A stretch of 27,577 nucleotides of DNA from Myxococcota bacterium (GCA_049969675.1 JBMFOP010000039.1:1-27577); one strand, 5' to 3'; shown: positions 1 through 9,298, counted from the first letter of the stretch. Notes: generated by a model from the letters alone, not told the origin. Numbers and translations are program-made.

Positions 1-1
1 T

Positions 2-1078
2 CTATTTTTCAATCATTATAACAAGAGGGCTATTTCCGTTGCGTATGACTTTATGAAACGTGATATCTCTGTCCTTGATACCGATGCAAAGCCGGATATT
101 GATTTGCTTTTGAAGATGAAGAAGGGAACACTTACACTGATTGGTACAGATAAGAAGAATGAAAAATGGCTTATCTCATTTGAATCATTTGATATCCCCG
201 CTTCATATTATATATATAACAGGATACATAAGAAGGCCAGTCTTTTATTTCTAAGCAACCCCGAGTTTGAAAAATATAAACCGATAAGGAGTCAGCCATT
301 TACCATCAAATTCAAGGAGAAAGAGAAACTTCTGCTGTTTGTTACACTCCCACCAGATGAGAGTGCCGAAAACTATCCTATGATTTTAAATCTATATAAT
401 AACGGCAATCTCAAGAGAGGACAGATATTTGATCCCTTCTGTCAATTCTTCACATCAAGGAGTTTTGCCTGTATCTCCTTTAATTATAGCGGGATTAATG
501 GCTTTGGAAAGAAGTTTTATAAAAATGCCTATACAAAGGATGGAATAGAGAGAAGAACTGAGGAGATTGTAACAGTAATAAAGTGGGCAATAGATAGAAA
601 TATCGCCCATCCACAACAGATAAGTATACTCTCTGACAGTCTGAATTCACTGTACTCACTTAATGCTATAATTGAAAATTCAGATATTATACACACAGCC
701 ATATTTATTGACCCTTTGCTAAACAATTCAACTATCAAAAATAATATAGATATAGATCTCCTCCATAACTATAGAGAACTCTTAATGATTCCTTTTGATG
801 AAAAGGCAGATTACTTATCCAGTCTTAAATCAATATCCATACCTTCAATATTTATGTTTCACAAACATTCAGCACTTTATAACTACAAACAATTATCAGA
901 TATACTAATTGCTGCAAAGAATAAGAATAAAGATATTCAGATAATCTCTTTCCCAAATATCTCAGATAGTAATCTTATAGATTTCTTCTCAAGAGTTGAG
1001 GCATTTGTTGCCAGGTTTTATAATACAGATTATATTGAGATGAAGCAGGATTCAAAAAGTGAGGCGGAGGTAAGGTAA
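2..1078 (+). CDS. S9 (prolyl oligopeptidase/acylaminoacyl peptidase)-like alpha/beta hydrolase, 5'-partial, catalytic motifs degenerate
   Basis: Frame is open from base 2, so the gene probably starts upstream of the window. 'FDPFCQFFTSRSFACISFNYSGINGFGKKF' and 'VIKWAIDRNIAHPQQISI' match S9 segments (typically 'Q.LA.RGYAVLQ.N.RGSTGYGK.F' and 'V.W....GIADP.RI.I'). Confidence 0.7.
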   Translation, partial: LFFNHYNKRAISVAYDFMKRDISVLDTDAKPDIDLLLKMKKGTLTLIGTDKKNEKWLISFESFDIPASYYIYNRIHKKASLLFLSNPEFEKYKPIRSQPFTIKFKEKEKLLLFVTLPPDESAENYPMILNLYNNGNLKRGQIFDPFCQFFTSRSFACISFNYSGINGFGKKFYKNAYTKDGIERRTEEIVTVIKWAIDRNIAHPQQISILSDSLNSLYSLNAIIENSDIIHTAIFIDPLLNNSTIKNNIDIDLLHNYRELLMIPFDEKADYLSSLKSISIPSIFMFHKHSALYNYKQLSDILIAAKNKNKDIQIISFPNISDSNLIDFFSRVEAFVARFYNTDYIEMKQDSKSEAEVR

Positions 1079-1081
1079 TCT

Positions 1082-1110
1082 TTGACTTTTTTTCCACAGG
1101 GATATATGAT
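1082..1110 (+). promoter_or_regulatory. sigma70-type promoter for holB-ricT-metG
   Basis: TTGACT (1082-1087), 17-nt spacer, TATGAT (1105-1110), 45 nt upstream of ATG 1155. Confidence 0.65.
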
Positions 1111-1154
1111 TGAGACCTCACGATTGTGAGAAGCAACGGCTCAATTTAGATATT

Positions 1155-2222
1155 ATGGCTTTTAAGAATATTATTGGACATAGCGAAGTGATTGAAAATC
1201 TGAGAGGCAGAATCAGAGAGAATAGACTCCACCACGCCATTATGTTTTATGGTCCTCAGGGAATTGGAAAGAGGACACTTGCAACTGAGTTTATCAAGGC
1301 TATAAATTGTAAGAATTTTGAAGACGAGCCCTGCGATAATTGTAATAACTGCAAATGGATTGAGAAGAATCAACACCCCGATGTGCTGATAATTACAAAT
1401 GGGATAAGGGCTGAAACACTTGATATTAAATTACCTGTTAAGATGGGGAATCAGGATGACGATGCAGAGGCAACTGGTAAACCCACGAGAGAGATTTTGA
1501 TAGAACAGGTTAGATATATTGAGGAAGTAATTTATACAAAGCCTGTTGAGGGTAGATATAGAGTAATATTTATCATTGACGCTGAGAGCCTTAATAAGAG
1601 TTCAGCAAATGCATTTTTAAAGACATTGGAGGAGCCACCTGAAGATACAATAATCGTAATGACATCTTCATTCCTCGGAATGGTTCCACTCACGATAAGG
1701 TCAAGGACTGAGAAGATTCGCTTAAAGCCATTGGGAGATTCAGATATGCAGAGACTACTCGCTGAAAATCTAAATTACTCCTCTAATAATATTAAACTGG
1801 TTTTGAGGTTATTAAATGGGAGCCTGAACAGAATGATACTTTCAGCAGACGATGAGACATTGAGAGAGTGTCTCAATATGGCAAGAGAGTTTATTGTTTC
1901 AGACATAATTACAGTTGATAGGATTCTTGATGTCGCCCAGAGCCTGACTCAGGACGGAGACCGTAAGGAGAGAGAGGCGAGAATTTATCTCTTCTTTACC
2001 ATCTTAAGGGAGATGCTGATGGATATCTACCTGAACAGAGGTGAAGAGATATGGGGAAAAGTTTCGGGCATAAATGGGAGAATCAATTTAAAGATGATAG
2101 AGGATCTAAGTGGAATAATTAAATTTATCAGCACATCGCAGGAACTTTACTGTAATCAGTCCGTCTGTGTAAAATCAGAACTTTTGAGGTTAACAGAGCT
2201 ATGGAACAAATTGTCGGTGTAA
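1155..2222 (+). CDS. holB: DNA polymerase III subunit delta'
   Basis: 'MAFKNIIGH', 'HAIMFYGPQGIGKRT', Zn module 'C...CDNCNNC', 'HPDV', 'ANAFLKTLEEPP', 'TIRSR'. ATG 1155 preferred to TTG 1110, which overlaps the -10 box. Confidence 0.93.
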   Translation: MAFKNIIGHSEVIENLRGRIRENRLHHAIMFYGPQGIGKRTLATEFIKAINCKNFEDEPCDNCNNCKWIEKNQHPDVLIITNGIRAETLDIKLPVKMGNQDDDAEATGKPTREILIEQVRYIEEVIYTKPVEGRYRVIFIIDAESLNKSSANAFLKTLEEPPEDTIIVMTSSFLGMVPLTIRSRTEKIRLKPLGDSDMQRLLAENLNYSSNNIKLVLRLLNGSLNRMILSADDETLRECLNMAREFIVSDIITVDRILDVAQSLTQDGDRKEREARIYLFFTILREMLMDIYLNRGEEIWGKVSGINGRINLKMIEDLSGIIKFISTSQELYCNQSVCVKSELLRLTELWNKLSV

Positions 2223-3088
2223 AAGTAAGAAAGTCTCTGAAGGTCTATACATATCTAACAAATAGGCTCAATGTCGCCAGAGGAGATATGGTGGTCGTTG
2301 AGACAGACAGAGGTGTCACAACAGGGACAATTGTATTTGGACCTATTGAAACAGACTCCCCACCACAGGGGATACGAAAGCTTATACGAATTGTAGATGA
2401 TGAGGACAGGTCTATAATTGCGAAAAATAAGAAGAAGGAAGAAGAGGCCTTTAAGATCTGTCTTGAGTGTATTGAATTTAGAAGGATTGAGATGAAGTTG
2501 ATTGATGTGGAATATATGCTCTCTGGAGGAAAGGCGGTCTTCTACTTTACCGCAAACGGAAGGGTGGACTTTAGAGAACTCGTAAAGGACCTCGCACGTA
2601 GATTGAACATCAGAATAGAGATGAGGCAGATAGGGGTTAGAGATGAGTCCAAGATGATAGGGGGGATTGGTCCATGCGGACTTGTCTTATGCTGTAATCA
2701 GCACCTTCATAACTTTGAACCGGTCTCTATAAAGATGGCAAAGGACCAGAATCTTATAATGAATCCTCAAAAGGTATCAGGGCTTTGCGGGAGACTTATG
2801 TGCTGTCTCACATACGAGCAGGCAACCTATGAAGAACTCTGGATGTACATCCCCAAGATTGGACGTAAGCTCATTACTCCGGAAGGTGAAGGTAAGGTTG
2901 TATCGCTTGATATAAAAGGACAGAAGATATCAGTCTATATCAACGATGAGATAAAGATCTATGACCTCTCAGTCTTAAGAGAACTAAATAAAGACCTCAT
3001 TGAGGAAGAGAAGAAGAGACAGAGTATTGAAAATACAGAACTCATAGAATCGCTCTTAAAGGATGATGGTTTTGAGAAGGAACAATAA
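2201..3088 (+). CDS. ricT: PSP1-domain protein RicT/YaaT (stage 0 sporulation family)
   Basis: 'FYFTANGRVDFRELVKDLA', 'RIEMRQIGVRDE', 'GGIGPCG..LCC', 'SGLCGRLMCCL.YE'; lies between holB and metG as in the conserved holB-yaaT-metG order. Confidence 0.92.
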   Translation: MEQIVGVKVRKSLKVYTYLTNRLNVARGDMVVVETDRGVTTGTIVFGPIETDSPPQGIRKLIRIVDDEDRSIIAKNKKKEEEAFKICLECIEFRRIEMKLIDVEYMLSGGKAVFYFTANGRVDFRELVKDLARRLNIRIEMRQIGVRDESKMIGGIGPCGLVLCCNQHLHNFEPVSIKMAKDQNLIMNPQKVSGLCGRLMCCLTYEQATYEELWMYIPKIGRKLITPEGEGKVVSLDIKGQKISVYINDEIKIYDLSVLRELNKDLIEEEKKRQSIENTELIESLLKDDGFEKEQ

Positions 3089-3115
3089 AACAATTCATAT
3101 ATAAAAGGAGTATTT

Positions 3116-5107
3116 ATGGCAAAAAAGGTTTTTATCACGAGTGCCCTCCCTTATGCAAATGGGAGCATTCACCTCGGACACCTTGTAGAGTATATTCAGA
3201 CGGATATCTACGCAAGATATAGAAGGCTTAAGGGGGACGATGTTGTATATGTCTGCGCCGATGATACACACGGGACACCAATTGAAATAAATGCACTGAA
3301 GCAGGGGATAAAGCCCGAGGAATTGGTGGAGAGATATCACAGAGAACATAGCGAGGACTTTGAGAGATTTGAAATTAATTTTGACATATTTTATACCACA
3401 AACAGTGAAGAGAATAGATACTATAGCGAACTATTTTTTAAGAGACTTAAAGAGAATGGCTATATCTACCAGAAAGAGATTGAACTTCATTACTGTGAGT
3501 ATGATAAGAGATTCCTGCCCGATAGATATATCAAAGGTAAATGCCCAAAGTGCGGTGCCCCTGACCAATATGGGGATGTCTGTGAAAAGTGCAACAGCAC
3601 CTACAACACATCTGAGGTAATAGACCCCTATTGTGTTATATGTGGGAATAAACCGATAATAAAACCTGCCAAACATTACTTCTTCAAACTCTCATCGTTT
3701 AGAGATGAACTCAGGAGATTTATTGAGAATAGCAACTTCCTGCAGGAGGAGATAAGAAATTATGTCTTGAGATGGATAAATGAAGGACTTAAAGATTGGT
3801 GTATCAGTAGGAATGGCCCATATTTTGGATTTAAGATACCTGATGAAGAAGACCTCTACTTCTATGTCTGGCTGGATGCCCCGATTGGTTATATCTCAAG
3901 CCTACAAAAATACTGCAATGATAATAATAGAAAGATTGACGAATTTCTTAAAGATAGGGATGCAGAGATAATTCATTTCATCGGGAAAGATATAGTCTAT
4001 TTTCACGCCCTCTTCTGGCCTGCTATGTTGATGGGTGCTGGCTTTAAGATGCCTGATATACTCTCAGTCCACGGGATGCTGACCATCAATGGCGAGAAGA
4101 TGAGTAAGAGCAGAGGTACATTTATCACGGCAAGACAATATTTGAGGCATCTCGAGCCGTTCTACCTGAGGTACTACTTTGCATCCAACTTATTAAAGAA
4201 ACCCGATGATATAGATCTATCATTTAACGACTTCGTAACAAGGGTGAATGCAGAACTGGTCTCAAACATATCCAATTTTACATACAGAACCCTCTCCTTT
4301 ATCTCAAAGAGATTTGGTGGTGAGTTATCCACCCTCCCAAACGAAGGTGTTCCGACCGAGGATGTCTTAAGACTTGTAAAAGAGACTGACAACTACTTTA
4401 TGGAGAGGGAATTCAGAAAGGCGGTTCAAACAATAAATCAGATCTGTTTTATAGGGAATAAATTTGTCTCTGATATGAAGCCGTGGGAGTTGATAGAGAA
4501 GGATGCAAAACTCTGTCAACAGTATCTAACATGGTGTGCAAACCTATGTAAGATTCTCGCCATACTTCTAAAGCCAATAGTCCCCTCTCTCTCGCTCTCA
4601 CTTGAAAATCAACTCAATCTAAAAGGGCTCAAATTCTCTGACCTGACATTTAATCTTCAGAATCACAAACTTGGTGAGATAAAGATGCTTGCAACAAGGC
4701 TGGAGCTCAAAGATGTAAATAAAATTATAGAACCATTAGAAGAGAAAGCAAATCAGCAGAAAAAGGATGAAGGACTATCTCCAGAATTAATAGACTATGA
4801 TTATTTTGCAAAGTTAGATTTGAGAGTTGCCGAGATACTGGAGGCAGAGAGGATAAAAAACTCCAAAAAATTATTAAGATTGATAATTGATTGTGGAGAG
4901 AAGAGACAGATTGTGGCCGGGATTGGTGAATACTATACCCCCGAGGAATTAATAGGAAGAAAGATTATGGTCATCTGCAATCTCAAACCGGTAAAATTAA
5001 TGGGCGTTGAATCAAACGGTATGTTACTGGCGGGATCACTTCCAGATTCAAAGATATATCTTGCAACATTTGACAGAGAGGCAATAAATGGAAGCAAGGT
5101 AAAGTGA
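3116..5107 (+). CDS. metG: Methionine--tRNA ligase with C-terminal tRNA-binding OB domain
   Basis: 'ALPYANGSIHLGH' (HIGH), Zn knuckles CPKC/CEKC/CVIC, 'YVWLDAPIGY', 'KMSKS', C-terminal 'LDLRVAEI...NLKP.KLMGVESNGMLLA'; AGGAG SD. Confidence 0.98.
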   Translation: MAKKVFITSALPYANGSIHLGHLVEYIQTDIYARYRRLKGDDVVYVCADDTHGTPIEINALKQGIKPEELVERYHREHSEDFERFEINFDIFYTTNSEENRYYSELFFKRLKENGYIYQKEIELHYCEYDKRFLPDRYIKGKCPKCGAPDQYGDVCEKCNSTYNTSEVIDPYCVICGNKPIIKPAKHYFFKLSSFRDELRRFIENSNFLQEEIRNYVLRWINEGLKDWCISRNGPYFGFKIPDEEDLYFYVWLDAPIGYISSLQKYCNDNNRKIDEFLKDRDAEIIHFIGKDIVYFHALFWPAMLMGAGFKMPDILSVHGMLTINGEKMSKSRGTFITARQYLRHLEPFYLRYYFASNLLKKPDDIDLSFNDFVTRVNAELVSNISNFTYRTLSFISKRFGGELSTLPNEGVPTEDVLRLVKETDNYFMEREFRKAVQTINQICFIGNKFVSDMKPWELIEKDAKLCQQYLTWCANLCKILAILLKPIVPSLSLSLENQLNLKGLKFSDLTFNLQNHKLGEIKMLATRLELKDVNKIIEPLEEKANQQKKDEGLSPELIDYDYFAKLDLRVAEILEAERIKNSKKLLRLIIDCGEKRQIVAGIGEYYTPEELIGRKIMVICNLKPVKLMGVESNGMLLAGSLPDSKIYLATFDREAINGSKVK

Positions 5108-5296
5108 GAACACTGCGTAGGATTATTACTACAATCTGCTTAAGAAATACTTAACATAATCAGTAGAATATCGTATCAGGATATTGGATCTTGTAAAAAG
5201 ATCTAAGCGGGCGAGGGTATATACAATTTTTTTGTTCAAGGCGAAGGACAATTAGTTTCAACATTCGCCTATGGATTCATTCAGTAAGGAGGTCTT

Positions 5297-5728
5297 ATGA
5301 GTTTTGAACCCAGAATCTTAGGCATTCTGTGTAACTGGTGTTCTTACACAGGTGCAGACCTGGCGGGTACTTCCAGAATGAAGTATCCACCAAATGTCAG
5401 AGTTGTGAGGGTTATGTGCAGCGGCAGAGTAGACCCCACCTTTGTACTTAAGGCACTCTCTGATGGTGCCGATGGAGTACTTATTGCCGGCTGTCATCCG
5501 GGCGATTGTCATTATATCAATGGCAATATCAAGACAATGAGAAGATTTCCTCTCTTAAAGAAGATGCTCTCTCAATTTGGAATTGAAGATGGAAGAGTGA
5601 GACTTGAATGGGTATCGGCATCAGAGGGTGATAGATTCGCACAGATTGTAAAAGATATGACTGAAGAGATAAGAAAACTTGGGCCATCTCCATTTGCAAG
5701 AAAGGAAGAGAAGGAGGTAGCATTATGA
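5297..5728 (+). CDS. mvhD: Hydrogenase iron-sulfur subunit delta ([2Fe-2S]) MvhD/FlpD
   Basis: 'LCNWCSYTGADLAG', 'RVMCSGRVDP', 'GADGVLIAGCHPGDCHY', 'WVSASEG'; AAGGAGG SD. Confidence 0.96.
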   Translation: MSFEPRILGILCNWCSYTGADLAGTSRMKYPPNVRVVRVMCSGRVDPTFVLKALSDGADGVLIAGCHPGDCHYINGNIKTMRRFPLLKKMLSQFGIEDGRVRLEWVSASEGDRFAQIVKDMTEEIRKLGPSPFARKEEKEVAL

Positions 5729-6683
5729 GTAAGCCGAAACTCGCAATCTACTGAGCAGCATCCTGTGGAGGATGTGATGTATCTATTCTTGATATACACG
5801 AACATATCCTTGATGTGGACAAGAATTTTGAACTATGTTTATGGCCTGTCGCAGCAGATTTCAAATATAAAGATGTGAGGCTATGCAGGATGGAGAGATT
5901 CTCCTTACACTCTTCAATGGTGCAATCAGGAATTCAGAGAATGAGCACATTGCAAAATTATTGCGAAAGAAGAGCAAAGTACTGGTAGCCTTTGGCTCCT
6001 GTGCACATCTGGGTGGAGTAATCGGTCTGGCAAATCTTTATAAAAGAGATGACATCCTGGATACAGTCTACAATAAATCTATCTCCACACACAATGAGGA
6101 GAAGATTATTCCTCAGACGACCACCAGAGTTAAGGAAGGAGAACTGACGCTCCCCAAGTTCTATAACTACCTGAGGGCACTAAATCAGGTAGTAGATGTA
6201 GATTATTATATTCCGGGCTGTCCGCCCAACCCTGAACAGGTACTTGCGGTAGTACAATATATCATCGCAGGGAAACCACTTCCACCGAAAGGCTCAGTTC
6301 TGGGTGCCGGTGATAAATCACAATGTGAAGAGTGCAAGAGGAAGAAGAATGTAAAAAAGATAAAGGAGTTCAAGAGAATTGCAACTGCCATCCCGGACCC
6401 TGAGGTATGTCTGCTGGAACAGGGGTTTATCTGTATGGGCCCCGCCACCAGGAGTGGGTGCGGAGTAGCCTGTGTAAATGCCGGTGTTCCCTGCAGAGGT
6501 TGCTATGGCCCACCACCCAATGTCAAAGACCAGGGCGCAAAGATGCTTTCAGCAATAGCCTCGGTGATTGATAGCGATAATCCTGATGAGATAGAAAATA
6601 TTATTAATCAGGTTGAAGACCCCGTAGGGACTTTTTATAGATTTTCTCTCCCAACTTCACTCTTAAGGAGGTCAAATATATGA
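5725..6683 (+). pseudogene. mvhG: Group 3c [NiFe]-hydrogenase small subunit MvhG, interrupted by TGA (5752-5754) and a -1 frameshift (~5877); pseudogene or sequencing error
   Basis: ATG 5725 (AAGGAGG SD, ATGA overlap with the mvhD stop) reads MSKPKLAIY*AASCGGCDVSILD...WPVAADFKYKDV; homology continues in the -1 frame as EAMQDGEILLTLFNGAIR...AFGSCAHLGG...IPGCPP...CLLEQGFICMGPATRSGC...PCRGCYGP. Confidence 0.9.
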
Positions 6684-8140
6684 AGAAGATAAGTATAGAC
6701 CCCATTACCCGTTTAGAGGGACACGGGAAGATAGAGATATTTTTGAATGAAGATGGCGATGTTGAGAATTGCTACTTTCAGATTCCAGAGCTCAGAGGCT
6801 TTGAGAGATTTTGTATAGGAAGGCCGGTTGAGGAACTCCCGAGGACAGTTTGCAAGATATGTGGAGTCTGCCCTGTAGACCATCACTTAGCTTCAGCAAA
6901 GGCAGTAGATGCAGTCTATAATGTAGAACCACCTCCTGCTGCCAGAAAATTGAGAGAACTCTACAAAGCCGCTCATACAATTCACAGTCATGTTGCTCAC
7001 TTTTATGCACTCGCCGCACCAGACTTTGTCCTCGGACCGGATGCCCCTGCCGCCGAGAGGAATGTGCTTGGCCTTGTTAAAAAGGTAGGTCTCGAAATAG
7101 GAGGACAGGTATTAGCAATAAGGAAAGCGGCACAAAGGATCCAGACATTAATTGGTGGTGCCTGTACTCATACTGTATTCTGTGTACCCGGAGGAATTTC
7201 AAAACCCCTTTCAAAAGAGGAGCACGCCGAAATACTGAAACTCTCAGCCAATTTCGTAGAGTTCGCCAGATTCTCATTAAAACTATTTGAGGATGTAATA
7301 TTGAAGAATAAGGCATATATTGATCTAATTCTCTCGGACCCATACCAGTTGAGAATTCACAATATTGGACTTGTAGATGAGAATAATAAAGTCAATTTCT
7401 ATGATGGGAAACCCAGAATTGTAGATGTAAATGGAAAAGAGATAGCAAAATATGAACCGAAGGATTACTACAAACATATTGGTGAACATGTGGAGCCATA
7501 CTCATATCTCAAATACCCATACCTCCTTGCAAAAGGATGGAAGGGATTTGTTGAAGGAGAGGAATCAGGTGTGTATAGAGCTGCCCCACTTGCGAGATTG
7601 AATGCGGCTGATGGTATGGCTACTCCCCTTGCACAGGCTGAATATGAGAAATTTTTCGCCACATTAAAGAAGCCGGTAAATTCAACACTTGCATTTCACT
7701 GGGCAAGACTTATAGAACTTATGTATGCGGCAGAATTGACTGTAAAGATTGCAAATGACCCCGAGATATTAAGCCCGAATGTCAGAACGCTCCCAACAGA
7801 GAAACCAACAGAGGGAGTCGGAATTATTGAGGCATCCCGAGGACTTCTGACCCATCACTACAAGACCGATGAAAAAGGAATTGTTACATATGTAAATCTG
7901 ATAGTTGGAACCACAAACAACAATGCTCCAATTACAATGTCTATAAAGAAAGCGGCAATGGGGTTAATTAAGAGGGGCAAGGTGATTACAGATGGAATGC
8001 TAAATATGATTGAGATGGCATTCAGGGCATATGACCCATGTTTCTCCTGTGCCACACATTCACTACCCGGTAGGATGCCTCTGGTAGTAAATATAAGAAA
8101 GGCAGATGGAGAAATCATTCAAACCATTAAGAGAGATTAA
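6680..8140 (+). CDS. mvhA: Group 3c [NiFe]-hydrogenase large subunit
   Basis: 'IDPITRLEGH', 'ELRGFERF', L1 'KICGVC', L2 'RAYDPCFSCATH' followed by a 26-aa C-terminal extension; context between mvhG and hdr genes. Confidence 0.94.
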   Translation: MKKISIDPITRLEGHGKIEIFLNEDGDVENCYFQIPELRGFERFCIGRPVEELPRTVCKICGVCPVDHHLASAKAVDAVYNVEPPPAARKLRELYKAAHTIHSHVAHFYALAAPDFVLGPDAPAAERNVLGLVKKVGLEIGGQVLAIRKAAQRIQTLIGGACTHTVFCVPGGISKPLSKEEHAEILKLSANFVEFARFSLKLFEDVILKNKAYIDLILSDPYQLRIHNIGLVDENNKVNFYDGKPRIVDVNGKEIAKYEPKDYYKHIGEHVEPYSYLKYPYLLAKGWKGFVEGEESGVYRAAPLARLNAADGMATPLAQAEYEKFFATLKKPVNSTLAFHWARLIELMYAAELTVKIANDPEILSPNVRTLPTEKPTEGVGIIEASRGLLTHHYKTDEKGIVTYVNLIVGTTNNNAPITMSIKKAAMGLIKRGKVITDGMLNMIEMAFRAYDPCFSCATHSLPGRMPLVVNIRKADGEIIQTIKRD

Positions 8141-8152
8141 AGGGAGGAGTTT

Positions 8153-9298
8153 ATGAACTACTATACACCATTTCTGGAAGTGACAAAGACCATTCTTGAC
8201 GCTGGAGGTGAAGACCTCAAAAAATGTTATCAGTGTGGAACCTGCACCGCTGTATGCCCGTGGGGGAGCGTTAGAGAATTTAGCCCGAGATATATCTTCA
8301 AGTTAGCACAACACGGATTGGAGGGATATGAAGGAGATGATCTCTGGCTCTGCTCAACCTGTAAGACCTGCGTTGATAGATGCCCACGCGGAGTCGGAAT
8401 AATAGATGTATTTACCTCTATGAGGTCAATCATTGCCCAGACTGGACTTATTCCCCCTACCCTGCGCTCGGTCATCGGCTCTATTAATTCTAATGGGAAC
8501 CCATGGTCAGGGAAGAGAGAAGAGAGAAACATCTGGGCAAAGGAGCTTGAACTGAAGCAGTATAAAGAAGGAACCGAATATCTCTACTTCTCCTGCTGTG
8601 CCCCATCTTATGACCCACGCACCAGGAAAGTTGCCATATCAACCGCAAAGATACTAAAAGAAGCCGGTATAGACTTCGGTATCTTTGGTAAAGAAGAATC
8701 ATGCTGCGGAGAATCAATAAGAAAGACTGGAGATTATACAACTTATGAAAAGCTTCTGGATTCAAATGTCTCTCTCTTCAATTCAAATGGTGTAAAGAAG
8801 ATCATCGCACAGTCCCCACATTGCCTCTATTCATTCAAGAAAGAATATCCATCAAAAGATGGAAACTATGAACCAATTCACTACACACAAATTATCGCAA
8901 AGTTGATAAAAGAGAAGAAGCTCAATCTCAAGAAGGAGTTCAAAAAGAAGGTAACATATCATGACCCCTGTTATCTCGGAAGACATAGCGGTATATATGA
9001 TGAGCCGAGAGAAATCCTCAAATCAGTTCCTGGATTAGAATTTGTAGAGATGCTGAGAATTAAGGAACAGTCTTTCTGCTGTGGAGGTGGAGGTGCAAGG
9101 ATGTGGATGGAGACACCCAAAGAAGAGAGATTTGGTGTGTTAAGAATAAAAGAGGCACTCTCAACAGGTGCAAATGTAATCGCAACTGCCTGCCCATACT
9201 GCATTCAGATGCTTGAGGATGGCAGGACAGCGCTCGGAGTAGAAGATAAGATTGAGGTAATGGATATCTCGGAGATTTTAAGTGCTTCTATCTTTTAA
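8153..9298 (+). CDS. HdrD-like Fe-S oxidoreductase (2x[4Fe-4S] dicluster plus two CCG domains)
   Basis: 'CYQCGTCTAVCP' and 'CSTCKTCVDRCP'; CCG domains 'ESCCGES...SPHC' and 'YHDPCYLGR...CCGGGG...ACPYC'; GGAGG SD. Confidence 0.88.
   Translation: MNYYTPFLEVTKTILDAGGEDLKKCYQCGTCTAVCPWGSVREFSPRYIFKLAQHGLEGYEGDDLWLCSTCKTCVDRCPRGVGIIDVFTSMRSIIAQTGLIPPTLRSVIGSINSNGNPWSGKREERNIWAKELELKQYKEGTEYLYFSCCAPSYDPRTRKVAISTAKILKEAGIDFGIFGKEESCCGESIRKTGDYTTYEKLLDSNVSLFNSNGVKKIIAQSPHCLYSFKKEYPSKDGNYEPIHYTQIIAKLIKEKKLNLKKEFKKKVTYHDPCYLGRHSGIYDEPREILKSVPGLEFVEMLRIKEQSFCCGGGGARMWMETPKEERFGVLRIKEALSTGANVIATACPYCIQMLEDGRTALGVEDKIEVMDISEILSASIF

Noticed and set aside
1390..1500. Insertion in HolB after HPDV as an intein
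   Set aside because: Only ~30 aa, with no intein terminal residues; this loop is variable in length among HolB proteins.
5752..5754. Genome-wide UGA=Trp (code 4) or UGA=Gly (code 25) reassignment
   Set aside because: TGA terminates metG, mvhD, mvhG, hdrA, wza and the C1A gene at their expected ends, and Trp is TGG elsewhere in the window.
5860..5890. Programmed -1 ribosomal frameshift in mvhG
   Set aside because: No slippery heptamer or obvious stimulatory structure at the required position; a single G loss explains the shift.
5883..6683. 266-aa ORF as a complete gene
   Set aside because: It is the 3' part of mvhG; it lacks the CGGC ligands and a properly spaced SD.
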